Assembly (NCBI RefSeq): GCF_004010195.1 | Contig: NC_057719.1 | Span: 5,208,412-5,262,985 of the forward strand | Length of the DNA stretch: 54,574 nt | Source of the DNA: Chiloscyllium plagiosum | Lineage: Eukaryota | Reading direction: 5' to 3' | Shown: one piece after another, positions 20,551-33,129 of the stretch | Numbering within the stretch: position 1 is the stretch's first letter | Layout: each line of letters opens with the position of its first letter | Program-made: the position numbers and the translations under genes | The notes under the pieces: generated by a model | Database searches by the model: none | Seen by the model: the letters and a program-made list of their open reading frames with translations, nothing else | Told to the model about the DNA's origin: nothing

Positions 20551-23480
20551 CCTTGATCCCACTTCTGGGGCAGCTATGTTAGGGTGCTTAAGCATAGCCT
20601 CTGCCAATGGCTCAATCACCAACATAAACAGTGATGGTGAGAGGGGATAACGTTGTCCACCGTCCCTATCAATTCTGAAATGACTGGATCTTACACCCAC
20701 TTTGGAGCTGTCTTACTTCTTCCTATATCTCTTGCACTGTCAAGGGGGTGTTAAGAAAAGACACCTGTTCTGAGGTCAAACCTGGAAGTTCCAGGTTCTT
20801 AAAAGAAGATTCCATCTTAGCCCACAGATCTACATAACATTCCGACCAATATAGCTCAGAGTAAAAACTGCAAATGCTGCACTGATCCTTTTAGAGTCAC
20901 ACTTAAGAGTTTCAGTGCCTTCTCTAATTGATGCAATGGATTGGAGGGAGCTCTTCTTCCTGGCCAGATATGCCAGATATTTGCTTGGCTTATTGCCATG
21001 CTCAAACAGCCTTTGTTTCACAAAAGATAGTTCTCTCTTCACTGTCTGAGTGAGCACGGAGTTCAAAACAACTCAGAGAGCTGTGATCCGCTGCAATTTA
21101 GCCATTGACAGCCTGTCAGAATATACTGTCTCAGCTGCCTTCAACTGTGCTATGAGCAGACATTGCTGCTCTCCCTTCTGTCTGTTCTGGCTAGCCAAAT
21201 AAGAGATACTATCCCCCTGCATAGGCCTTAGCAGTCTCCCAGAATATAGACAGGTAACTAACCATTCCTGAATTGATAGCCAAGAATGCTTTGAACCCAC
21301 TTGAGAAGTACTCAACAAACTTACTGTCCTTGAGAATAAAAGGATCCATTAACCAATACCATGAACTTGTTCCGTTGCCCTTAATCTCAACCTCCAAATA
21401 CACTGCTGTATGATCGGAAATGGCTATGTTTCCAATTTTACAGGACATTACTGAAACCAGAAAAACCAAAGGAGCTAAAAAAGATCAATTCTGGTAAGAC
21501 ATGTGTGTGGATTAGAGAGAAAGGTGAAGTCCCTACTGTAGGGTAGAGACATCTCCAAACGTAAAGAACCCCAGCTCCATGCATAAGGCAACCAATTGCT
21601 TGGATTGTGAAGAAGCATTTGGAGGGACCTTTGGGCATTCTATCCACTCTGGGGTCCATGAGGCCATTAAAATCTCCCCCTATGATAGTATGTCGCATCC
21701 CAAGGGCAATCAACTTAGCAAGTGCATCTGTCAGGGATTTGAGGGAGTGTGCCAAGGGACAATAAACATGTATTAAAGCTTTAAGAATTACAAACTGCCC
21801 ATATTCATCTTTAACTTGATCTAATAACTTAAATGGGAGACTCTTCTGGACAAGTATGGCCAGTCCCCTGCTCTTAGTGGTAAAGGACGAAAAAAATCCA
21901 GTCAAACCCACCCTGCTGTAACTGTAGGTGCTCCTTATGATTAAGATGGGTTTCTTGCAACAGGACAATGTCAACCCTCTCCTTCCTGAGACTCGAAAGT
22001 ACTTTTTTTCTCTTGATTGGTGAGTGGCTCCCCTTAATATTCCAGGTGCACCATTTAAGGAGACACTTAGCCATTTCCCTCTATAACAACTATTGAACCC
22101 CCAACAGGAAGAACCCTATTTACAGCACGTCAAGTGTAAATAAATAAAGATTCGTAGAGTTTAAAAAATAATAACACTAAAACTACATGAACAAAACTTC
22201 CAAACACTACCTCTACTAAAAACCAACAAACTAAACCAATTATAGCATACAAAAAAACACTTGATGGTAGACTCTCTCCCCTGCCCACAGGGGGCACTTA
22301 CATTACTTCCATAACTCCTTCTAGCTTGAGCTGCGCCCCAAACTCAGGCGAAGGATAAACAACAAAAATAGGTATTATGAACAAAAAAATTTAAAGTGGG
22401 CACTTACCAGCCCCAAGCCTACCTTGACCTCAATTATCATTGTAAAAAAAATCAACAACACTTTCTGTAATAAAATAATAGGAAAAAAAGCAGAAGTACA
22501 CAAGGTTGAGGATAAAAAGGGAAAATAAAAGAGAGCCATTATTGTCCACGTTCTTTGGACCATCCAATCTATTCCACAGTGTCCAGGAAGTGCTTTTTCT
22601 GTGGAGTCAACTACATGCACAGACTCTTCATGATTAAAGTCAAGATTGGTGTGATGCTAGAAAAGCACAGAAGAATGGGCAGCATACGAGGAGCAGGAAA
22701 AAGCCCTTCATCAGGAACCAGAGTCTGCTGCTCAACCTCCTCCACACGCTTCCCAAGACTCTACTGCTCCTGCCCGGTGGCTTAGTGGTTAGCACTGCTG
22801 CCTCATAGAGCCAGGGACCTGGGTTCAATTCCTGCCTTGGGCAACTGTCTATGTGGAGTTTTCACGTTCTCCCCGTGTCTGTGTGGGTTTCCTCCGGATG
22901 CTCCGGTTTCCTCCCACCATCCAAAGATGTGCAGGTTAGGTGAATTGGCCATGCTAAATTGCCCGTAGTGTTAGGTGCATTAGTCAGGGGTAAATGTAGG
23001 GGAATTGGTCTGGGTAGGTTGCTCTTCGGAGGGTTGGTGTGGACTTGTTGGGCAGAAGGGCCTGTCTCCACTCTGTAGGTAATCTAATCTAATCTGATCA
23101 TGCTTCTGTAGCATGGACACGATTGGTTGCAGCCTGGCGCGACTCTCTACAATCGATGCCTTGATCATCTCCCGGAATTTCACGATCTCCGCAGCCAAGC
23201 CTTGGTGGGTAGGTGAGTCCATCGGGATTTCAGGGAAGGCAGCAGCTGCAGGCGCGTCCGATGCTGCAGGGGAGTGTCCTGCCTGTTGTGATTTATTCTG
23301 TCCTTTGCCTCTAGTCATCTTCCCTTACTAAAAACAAAGGGTGTGTCGCAACTCCACTAACATTAAACTATTGATTTTATTCAAAATAGCTTCGTTGGGG
23401 AGGGCAAAATTACCGTTTTGCCTGAGTTATGGTGCAGAGCTCAGCAAGGCAGACCTGTCAGATTGCCGCCATTTTGGATC
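20551..23480 (-). mobile_element. L1/Tx1-clade LINE: 5' UTR, partial ORF1, ORF2 APE and RT fragments, decayed
   Basis: TWNIKG.HSPIKRKKVL..DIVLLQETHL (22074), IIGGDFN, ISDH, FEHGNKPSKYLA, PLSPSLF.LVIEPLAEA; ORF1 start MTRGKG (23318); YY1-like CAAAATGGCGG near the 5' end. Confidence 0.85.
22775..23095 (+). mobile_element. HE1 SINE inserted in L1 ORF1
   Basis: HE1 body with (taatc)n tail. Confidence 0.9.
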
Positions 23481-23649
23481 CACCCACTCAAGCTTCAACT
23501 CTATTGAGACCCCAATAGTTTCAGATGCGAAATCTAGAAATCCTGATCTGTGAGAGCTGACCACACTTATTCAGGTTGTTTAAAAAAAACCAAGGTGTCC
23601 CCAGCTGTTTACTCTAGTGGTTCTGGTAGACTGTTCAGTGCCTCCATCT

Positions 23650-23834
23650 AGGCGGAAGTGGGTTAGAGTCAAGATTAGAGTGGTGCTGAAAAAGCACAGC
23701 AGGTCAGACAGCGTCCAAGGAGCAGGAAAATCGACGTTTTGGGCAAATTTTCTGATGAAGGGCTTTTGCCCGAAATGTCAGTTTTCCTGCTCCTCGGATG
23801 CTGCCTGAACTGTTGTGCTTTGCCAGCACCACAC
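23650..23834 (+). mobile_element. Palindromic pLTR-type element with hammerhead core and imperfect 15-bp TSD
   Basis: CTGATGA(23752-23758)-A-GGGC(tttt)GCCC-GAAA-TG-TC; inverted arms; tcagtgcctccatct 23635-23649 and tcagcgcctctatct 23835-23849. Confidence 0.8.
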
Positions 23835-23914
23835 TCAGCGCCTCTATCTCACAACCTCTCTTCAAAATCAAAACAGGACAAAATAACTTCTTAAAGTCAC
23901 AGCATTATCACAGT

Positions 23915-24113
23915 GAATGGAACAAGCTCCTAGAGGAAGTGGTGGATGCTGGTACAATTACAACATTTAAAAGGCATCTGGATGGGTGTATGAATGGGAA
24001 GGCTGAGAAGGATATGGCCCAAATGCTGGCAAATGGGACTAGGTCAGATTGGAGTGTCTAGTCGGTATGGACGAGTTGGACTGAAAGGTTTTTTTTTCAT
24101 GTTCTATGACTCT
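23915..24113 (+). mobile_element. CR1 3' fragment
   Basis: WNKLLEEVVDAGTITTFKRHLD and ctatgactct tail. Confidence 0.8.
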
Positions 24114-24452
24114 AAACTGATCCACCTATCCATCTAAGCAAAATGGAAATACTTGGGCCTTCAGTTTTCACTTCGACCCTCAGTACCTTCCTTTACAAAC
24201 TGAGAAGGAGATTTTGGGAATTCCCAGCTGTCCTTTATCCTCAGTTCTTCCCTTCCTTTCCCTCTTCTTTCATCCTTTTCAAGCTTATGGGGATGATGGA
24301 ATAAAGGTTTAATCTTATCTCAGCTCGTAATCATGAGCCCTCTCCATTACCTGGCAAACTGCTGCTACCCTCTAGTCTTAAACATGAGTACTAATCACCT
24401 GGAGAACAGAATTTCTGACAGAATGATTTCTCGGAGAGATTCATATGTAACA

Positions 24453-25640
24453 TTGAATTGAATTGAATTGAATTTATTGTCACGTGTACCGAGGCACAGT
24501 GAAAAGCTTTGTCTTGCGAGCAATACAGGCAGATCACAGAGTTAAGTAGCCGAGATAAATAAATAATGGGTAAATAGCAGGAAAAACAAAAACACAGAAA
24601 TAAACGCAGGTACAGGTGAATGTTAAGAGTTTGTGAGTCCATTTAGTATTCTAACAATAATAGGATAGAAACTGTCGTGAAACCGGCTGGTGCATGTGTT
24701 CAGGCTGTACCTTCTCCCCAGTGGGTGGAGGTTGTAGAGAAACATTGCCAGGGTGGGATAAATCTTTGAGAATGCTGGCGGCCTTTCCTTGACAGCGGGT
24801 CTGGTAGATGGATTCTATAGATGGGAGGTTGGCTTTTGTGATTCTTTTTGGCCGAGTTCACAATCTCTGTAACCGTCTCCGATCTTGAATGGTACAGTTG
24901 CCACACCAGGTAGTGATACATCCAGACAGAATGCTCTCGATGGCGCACCTATAAAAGTTGGCAAGGGTATCCGCTGTCATGCCAAATATCCTCAGCTGCC
25001 TGAGGAAGAAGAGACGTTGTTGGGCCTTTGTAACCAGGGCGTCCATGTGAAGAGTCCAAGAAAGCTTGTTGTGGATGACCACTCCCAGGAGCTTAACACT
25101 TTCCATTCGTTCCACCTCTCTGCTGTTAATGTGCAGGGGGACATGAGTAAAATCCTGCTGAAAGTCAATAATGGGTTCCTTGGTTTTGCTGACATTGAGA
25201 GCTAGGTTGTTCTCAGAGAACCATTTTTCTAGGTCTTCCACCTCCCGTCTGTAGTCTGTTTCGTCGCCATCTGAGCTTCGACCAACTATGGTCATGTCAT
25301 CAGTGAACTTATAAATAGCATTAGTCTGGCAACACAGTCATGGGTATACAGTGAGTACAGTAGAGGGCTGAGTACGCACCCCTGGGGGCTCCAGTATTGA
25401 GTGTTAGTGAGGATCAAATATTGTCCGCAATCTTCACTGATTGTGGCCTGTGGGTCAGGAAACTGAGGATCCATTTGCAGAGAGTGGGGCTTAGTCCGAG
25501 ATCACTAAGTTTAGTAATCAGTCTCGAGGGGAGAATAGTGTTGAAGGCTGAACTGTAGTCAATGAGTAGGATTCTTACGTAGCTGTTCTTGGTGTCAAGA
25601 TGTTCTAGGGAGGAGTGAAGGGCAAGTGATATGGCATTTA
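24453..25640 (-). mobile_element. Rex1/Babar-type LINE, 5'-truncated
   Basis: PQGCVLSPLLYSLYTHDC, NNLALNVSKTKE, KAQQRLFFLRQL, NFYRCAIESILSGCITTW; (caatt)n 3' tail at 24453-24475. Confidence 0.85.
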
Positions 25641-25999
25641 TTCTTAATGCCCATACTGAGTTATTGAAATTACTTTCCTTTACCCTTTCAATTTGAATTT
25701 AGGCCTGTACAGGTTGTTTCCTATGTTTCAAAACTATGTTTCAGAACTAAGTCGTATGTAGATTGATTTTTATTCTGCATTATGATTCAGGGTCTGCTGA
25801 AAATGATGTGTGAAAGTTTACCTTCTTTGCATGAACAGTATCCAGTTTTCCTTCAGCCAACTCATATCTTTTGTGGTGTTCTCAAACAAGATAAAGAATG
25901 TGCCCACACCCTTTTCCCCAAATTGTACAAATTTAAACATCACCTGACTGGACTTTTGCTACAGGCTTTTTTTCTCATTAGAGAAAGGCAAGAAGTGTC

Positions 26000-27825
26000 A
26001 GGAGTAAGGGTGATGAACTTAACAGCATGGATCAGTACTTGGAACTATGACGTTGTGGCCATTATGAAAACTTGGGTATCACGGGGCAGGAATGGTTATT
26101 GGATGTTTGTGGACTTAGATGTTTCAAAAGGAATGAGGTGGGGGTTAGGTAAAAGAGGTGGGGAAGTGGCATTGCTAATCAGGGATAGTAACACAGCTGC
26201 TGAAGGGGAGGTTGTTGAAGAGGGTGTGTCTACAGAGTCAGTGTGGATGGAAGTCAGAAACAGGAAAGGAGCAGTCACTTTATTGGAAGTTTTCTACAGA
26301 CCTCCCCCAATAGCAACAGAGACACGGAGGAGCAGATCAGGAGGCAGATTTTGGAAAGGCGCAGAAGTAACAGGGTTGTTGTCATGGGTGACTTTAACTT
26401 CCCTCATATTGATTGGAACCTCCATACCTCAAATAGTTTGGATGGAGCAGTTTCTGTCAGGTGTGTCCAGGAAGGATTCCTGATTGAATATGTAGATAGG
26501 CTGACTAGAGGGGAGCCATATTGGATTTGGTGCTTGGCCACCAACCATGCCAGGTGTCCGATCTCTCGGTGGGAGAGCATTTTAGTGATAGTGATCATTA
26601 GGTGGCACAGTGGCTCAGTGGTTAGCACTGTTGCCTTACAGCACCAGGATCCCAGGTTCAATTCCAGCCTCGGGCGACTGTCTGTGTGGAGTTTGCACAT
26701 TCTCCCTGTGTCTGCGTGGGTTTCCTCCAGGTGCTCCGGTTTCCTCCCACAGTCCAAATATGTGCAGGTTAGGTGAATTGACCATGTCAAATTGCCCATA
26801 GTGTTAGGTGCATGAGTCAGAGGGAAATGGGTCTGAGTGGGTTACACTTCAGAGGGTCGGTGTGGACTGGTTGGGCTGAAGGGCCTGTTTCCACACTGTA
26901 GAGAATCTAATCTAATCAACTCCCTGACCTTTACTATACTCATGGAGAGGGATAGGAGCAGATGGTATGAGAAAATGTTTAATTGGGGGAGGGGGAATTA
27001 TAATGCGATGAGGCAGAATGTAGGCCTGTACAGGTTGTTTCCTATGTTTCAAAACTATGTTTCAGAACTAACTCGTATGTAGATTGATTTTTATTTGATG
27101 AGGCACCTAAATTGGGAACAGATGTTCACAGGGAAATGCATGACAGAAATGTGGAGGTTGTTTAGGGAGTACTTGCTGGTAGTGCTGGATAGGTTTGTCT
27201 CACTGACGCAAGGAAGGGCTGGTAGGGTGGAAGAACCTTGGGTGACCAGGGATGTGGAATGCCTCATCAAGAGGAAGAAGGAAGCTTACTTAAAGTTGAG
27301 GAGGCAAGGATCAGACAGGGCTGCAGAGGGTTACAAGGTAGCCTGGACAGAACTGAAGATTGGACTGAGGAGAGCAAGAAGGGTGCACACAAAAGCTTTA
27401 GGATTAAGGAAAACCCTCAGGCATTCTACACTTAGTAACAAGAGGATGGCCAGAGGGAGGGGAGGGCCGATCAGGGATAGTGGAGGGAACTTGTGCCTGG
27501 AGTCAGAGGAGGTAGGGGAGGTCTTTAATGAATATTTTGCTTCAGTATTCACCACTAAGAGGGACCTTGGTGTTTGTGAAACAGACTGATATACTTGAAC
27601 AGGTTGATGTTAAGAAGGAGGATGTGCTGAAAATTTTGAAAAAAGTAAGGGTAGGAAAGTCCCCATGGGCCAGATGGGATTACTACAGCAAGCAAGGGAA
27701 GAGATTGCTGCCCCTTTGGCGATGATCTTTGCGTCCTTACTGTCCACTGGAGTAGTGCCAGATGATTGGAGAGTGGCAAATATTATTCCCTTGTTTAAGA
27801 AAGGGAATAGGGATAATCCTGGGAG
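26000..27825 (+). mobile_element. CR1 LINE ORF2 5' part (APE plus linker), decayed
   Basis: YDVVAI.KTW, GGEVALLI, VFYRPP, VVVMGDFNFP.IDW, EPWVT, NEYFASVFT, DWRVANIIPLFKKG. Confidence 0.85.
26601..26916 (+). mobile_element. HE1 SINE inserted in CR1
   Basis: HE1 body interrupting the CR1 just after the SDH codons. Confidence 0.9.
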
Positions 27826-28902
27826 CAAGCAGCATTAAAGGCAATTGAATCCTCACTAACTCAAATCACCCACCACATGGTGCATCTGGTCCCTATTGCA
27901 TTTCCACTAATTACAAATGTCACCTCAATATGTTCATTATCTGTTCCTCCTTACCTTTTGAACAAAACCTATTCTTAAAGTGAAGACCAACACTGGCTAA
28001 CACCATTCCAGGGCCTAGCCCTGTGGAAAGAATGGATACAATGTTATGACTTTGCATGTCGACTGGATTTCCTGACAATGAGGCTGATTTGCTGACACTC
28101 AAATGTGGATGATAGACATCCAGTTTAGATTGCAATTAGCATAGATTCTTAATGTTCCTTGGACACAATCCTTCCCTCTCGGCTTTACCAAGGTAGATAA
28201 GAACACTGGTATTTGGAAATGTTCAGGTTCCCAGGAACTTCTAACTGAGAAACAGGATTTCAGGACAAAGGCTTACAGCTTCCATTGTGTCTTCATTACA
28301 GGGAAGCCTGAAAAGAATTCATTGACTCAAAAGGTTTATTAGGCAGCCATTAACATCAAGACCCATTAGTCCTTTGAAAGCCTTAATTTCCGGTAATGAA
28401 GACATTGAGTCTGATCTCTTATCTCCTTCAAAGCGTTTTTTTGCTATTAGTACAAGGTTATTTGATTTCCAGTTTAAAATGATGGGCAAACCACAGCATG
28501 CATTAAAACTGTTGGCTTCATTCACAAGAAATTACAATAAAAGATCCTTTTCAATCCAAATAATGTCCAAAGAGTTCAAAAGCTTCCACTTTTTCCAGAT
28601 GGTCCATAAACATAAAAATACATATTCCCAACAGTAAACAAATGATGACCTTCAGATTGAATACATGTGACTAAGTAATCCCAGAAAGTCCATATTTATT
28701 GATCAATAATGTGCAATGATGTGCACATGATGCCGTTTCAACACAAGACCGACCCAGTATTGTGAAATCTAGATTCCATCCTAAGATATCCTCACCATGT
28801 GAGATATTCCCATATAGTATGGCATGAATGAGAAATCAAAAACCAACGAGAAGAGACAGGAATCTGGAAGTAGAAATTTGAATCAGGAGAAAGGGATAAA
28901 TC

Positions 28903-29222
28903 AGATTTAGATTAGATTCCCTACAGTGTAGAAACAAGTCCTTCAGCCCAACCAATCCACACCGACCTTCCGAAAAGTAACCCACCCAGACCCATTTCCC
29001 TCTGATTAATGCACCTAACACTATGAGCAATTTAGCATGGCCAATTCACCTGACCCACAATCTTTGGATTGTGGGAGGAAACCAGAGCACCCAGAGGAAA
29101 GCCATGCAGACACGGGGAGAATGTGCAAACTCCACACAGACAATCGCCCGAGGTTGGAATCAAACCTGGGACCCTGGTGCTGTGAGGCAACAGTGCTAAC
29201 CACTGAGCCACCATGCTGCCCC
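28903..29222 (-). mobile_element. HE1 SINE
   Basis: Reverse-complement HE1 head, core and tail. Confidence 0.9.
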
Positions 29223-29357
29223 ATTTGAAGAGCAGTTAAAAATCAGAGCAGGGCATTTTGGTGGAGTGTATTGAGGGGTGTGGTAAGTCGAGGAAGACAA
29301 TGAGGGCACTTATGGTACAGTGGTAGTGTCCCTACATCTGGGTTAGCATTCATGAGG

Positions 29358-29682
29358 GGAGGCAATGGCCTTGTGCTATTATCATTGGACTGATAATCCA
29401 GAGACCAATGTTCCCGAAGATCCTGGTTTGGATCCATTGCAGAGGGTGGAATTTGAATTCAATAAAAATCTGGAATTAAGAGTCTGATGATGACCATGAA
29501 TCCATTGTCAATTGTCAAAAAAACCCATCTTGTTCACTAATGTCCTTTAGGGAAGGAAACTGCCATCCTTACCTGGTCTGGTCTACATGAGACTCCAGAA
29601 ACAAAGCAACATAGGTGACTCTTAACTATCTTCTGGGATGGTCAATAAATCTAGCCAGCAATGCCCTCATCCTGTGAATAAT
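29358..29682 (+). mobile_element. Second tRNA-derived SINE family with CR1-like tail
   Basis: ggcaatggcc..ggtttggatcc head, ttcactaatgtcctttagggaaggaaa..cctggtctgg core, tail similar to the 12570-12640 LINE end. Confidence 0.7.
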
Positions 29683-30579
29683 TTTTGCTTAAATCCTATC
29701 CACTGGTAACATGTGTCATAAGTGCACAGGTTGTTTAAAAGTATGTTATTCTTACATGAAGACTGTGCAGTATCACCATTAAATGGAAGAGAGTGGGGTT
29801 CTGACTTTACAGCTTGTGGAGTATTGATATTAGGGTCAGCCTCAGAGGCAGTGAGGTGAAAGAATTCATTTTCAAACTGTATTCCAACCGGGAGTAAGGA
29901 GAGGAGGGGGCTTTCTGCTTCATATTGAGTGGGAGAGATTGTTGGAATGATGATGGATTGAACAGGATTGAGAAGTGGACTGAGAGATTGAAATGAAGAG
30001 GAAAAGATAAAAGGAAGAAAAGGGGAGGTTGGAGAGGACAAGACAGACTCAAAAAAGGGGGAGTAAAGCCACCAGGGTCCCAGAAAACCCCATGGCTGTT
30101 CTCTAGATGAAGAGGACTAGTGGTGAGATTAATCTGAGGGTCACCATGCTCCAAGTGAAGGGTGTGGTTGAGGAGTTTAAGGAAAGGGAGTGAACAGGTG
30201 AAGGGACAGTGGAAGCAGAGGGTGTGGATTGCCTGTGGACTGGGTCAACAGGCGGGGGTTTGAGGGCAGTTGAGAAATATTTAGGTATGTGACTATATGG
30301 CTTGGAAATCCAGATTTTATATTCAAAAGGTGACATTAAATTGTAAAATAAAATATTGCACCAATTAAACAGAAACTTATGTTTATTGTCAGAAAATAAT
30401 ATTCCTTTGGGATTGGTTGTTCCAACATTAACATTTCCCGTTCTTTTGTTCTCGGACATTGAGATTCTTTACTCGGGTCAACTGAAAAATTGTAAGATTC
30501 AGTGTGTGCAAGTTTGACTGTCTCCTGAGCTGAAGATGACAAGTCTGGTCTTGATCAGTCGGGATGTGATGTTAGCAAA

Positions 30580-31035
30580 GAAGGGGCGGGAAAGGAATCA
30601 AATTTCTCGGAAAGCTTGATCATTTGTTTGTACTTATCTCGGTTACAGCCTCTAAGTCTCGGAGATTCCTGCACTAAAGGGCACGGCGCTGTGATGTAGA
30701 GAGCTCTCTCTCTCTCTCTGACGGCTACATAAACTCATCTTCAGACCAGAAATGGTGCAGAAACAGCACAGGGTGTGTGTGTGGATGTAGATGGTGCTCA
30801 GTCTCTGTGAGAAGACGGTGATGATATAGATCGGTGTGAGTCCTGGTTTCTCCTTGACCCTTAAGCACTTGTTGTGAATGCCAGTCCGTGCAAATCGAGG
30901 GGGATAGAGGCGACTAACTGTAACGTGGAAAGAGTCGCCAAACTTCACATCGATCAATTCACCCAAGAAGGAAATTCCGGAACAGGTCCGACTGTCTGTC
31001 AGGAATAGACAACAGGGACTGACTCACAGGTAACA
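30580..31035 (+). promoter_or_regulatory. Candidate promoter/first non-coding exon of GPR68-like paralog C
   Basis: Unique, locally CpG-retaining DNA; GC box 30583-30590, GAS TTCTCGGAA 30604-30612, kB-like GGAAATTCC 30970-30978, AP-1 TGACTCA 31020-31026, donor CAG|GTAACA 31027-31035. Confidence 0.35.
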
Positions 31036-31404
31036 CTTCCATTGGTTTCTAACTATCCGCAGAACCCAGGGGAGAGAATGAAGTGTAGTGCACGAAGAGG
31101 AAGAGAAGTTGGCGGAAAAATCAGAGCTGAGTGATTTGATGACGGTTTTTGTTTCGAAGTTGTTAAACTGTGAAAGTGTCTCTGTTACTCTCAGCAATCC
31201 GCGGGACATGGACCTGGTGGGATTGGATCAAACACAGAAATTGCTGGAGATAGTCAGCAATTCTCTCTGTTTCCAGTAGCAGCGTGTGTACCATCTACAA
31301 GATGCACTGCAGAAATTCACCCAAGACCCTCAGACAGCACCGTCCAAACCCAGAACCACTTCCAGCTGGAAGGGCAAGGGCAGCAGAAATCTGAAAATGC
31401 AATA

Positions 31405-32038
31405 ACCCGAAAGAACTGCGGGGGCTGGAAATCTGAAACAATAATAGAAATTGCTGGAAAATCTCAGCAGGTCTGGCAGCATGTGCAGACAGAAATTAGA
31501 GTTAATGTATAGGGTCCAGTGACCTTTCATCAGAACTGATGGTAGCTAGGGAAAGGATGGTTTTCATACAGAAGATAGGGTACGGGGAAGGGGGGGGCAG
31601 AGATTAAACAGAGATGGACATAGACCTGAGAGAGGGAAACAGTTGAACAGCCAAAGGAGTGGTTAAAGATCTGTTTCTAGGGAATGAATAGTTACTAATG
31701 GGGACTAATAGCGACTGACAGTGGGTAGTGTGTTGGTAGCAGTCTGTATGATGCCAAAAGTCAAGACTGTGGTGCTTGATCAGGCTTTTGCTGGAAACGT
31801 CGATTCTCCTGCTCCTCGGATGCTGTCTGACCTGCTGTACTTTTCCAGCACCACACCCTTGACTCTGGTCTCCAGCATCTGCAGTTCTCACTTCCACCTG
31901 TATGATGCCAAGACCTGGTGTGTGTGGGCTGTGTTAAGGACATGGGAGAAAGTATCTCACACCCCAAAATTGTTCAACTCAATATTGAGTCCACAAAGCG
32001 ATAGAGTCCTCAAGTAGGAAATGATGTGCTATTCTTCC
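31405..32038 (-). mobile_element. Penelope-like element, 3' end and pLTR (segment 1 of 3)
   Basis: Reverse complement of the 10560-10915 region; degraded hammerhead gttCTGATGAaaggtcactggacc at ~31500-31536. Confidence 0.75.
31758..31897. mobile_element. Short pLTR-type element with 14-bp TSD, nested in the Penelope
   Basis: ggcttttgctggaaacgtcgattctcctgctcc..; TSD ctgtatgatgccaa 31744-31757 and 31898-31911. Confidence 0.8.
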
Positions 32039-33129
32039 TGTTATGATGTGGGTGTACTGTACCTTTAAAAGCGGAAAAAGCTAGCAGTATCCCCGACAGC
32101 ACTAACTGTTCTGAATAAGATACAATGTAACATGTCGTCCAGTAGCTAGGCTAGCTGGTTGCCTAGAAACAAAAACAAATTTGAATTAGGCCAATCAGTT
32201 TAAACTATACCCCCAAAGAAATACCAAACTCCACAATCAAGTTTGAATTTGGTATATTGACAACATTGAAAGCCAATGCCACAATCCGATGCTTTGGAGG
32301 TATAATTAAGGGGAAAATTGAACAGTTGAGACTGAACTGCCAAGCCACCAGCATGTACAGGCTGCCTAAAAAATAGCTCTCTTAAAGGTACCTTTATCGA
32401 TCAGTGACCAGTGAAACAGAAATCCCTAAGAAGAAGAAAAGAAGACACAGGAAGATGTAAAGAAAAGATTCAACAGCTGACTTGTTTTGAAATTTGAATT
32501 TTTGATAAATCTTAATCGGGATTTTATCAGACTCGTATTATAGAAGGGAAAGTAAAAGATAGGTTCGGAGAAGGAGTTATAAATAGTTGTTAACTAATTA
32601 TTCTCTGTTATACTTTAAGAAATAATGTTGTTAATTTTTACTTTAAGTTGTTCTGGGCCCCTCAACTTTTCACAGATTAATGCATGGGACAAATCCTTTT
32701 TGTGTTGCTGGTTTAAATTAGCCCCATGACATAACAGTTTGGGGGCTCATCACTGGGATTTGAACGGTTTCGGGGGCTTTTGTCCGTGATTTGAACAATC
32801 TGGGTCTTCAATTTGTGATTTGAACTGGTTTAGACAGATTTGAATAGATTTTGGGGGTACAAAAAATCCAGCAGATTTAAACACTTGCAGGTTAGCATTA
32901 ATAAAACGTACCATTTACATAAAACGTACGTGATGCAATTTGTTTAATTTTGTTGACTTGTGGTTGATTAAATTAATAGTGAAAGAAATAGCTCTTAAAA
33001 TTGATAGAGGTTCTGAGATTTGAAGATGATTCTCAAATTTGCCAAAACATTTTACAAGGAAAGTAAAAAGTCATACTTTTAGAATTAGCAAAGAAGTTAG
33101 ATTTGGGTTTAACCAAGGACAAAAGTAAA

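Noticed and set aside
25782..26483. 233-aa ORF
   Set aside because: Chance read-through from unique DNA into a frameshifted CR1 endonuclease.
29667..31209. Cluster of minus-strand ORFs of 60-124 aa in unique DNA
   Set aside because: No recognisable domain or consistent exon structure; low-complexity S/P/L composition.
32740..32845. Short spaced repeats superficially like a CRISPR array
   Set aside because: Eukaryotic LTR leader; units are degenerate PBS copies, with no cas genes or unique spacers.
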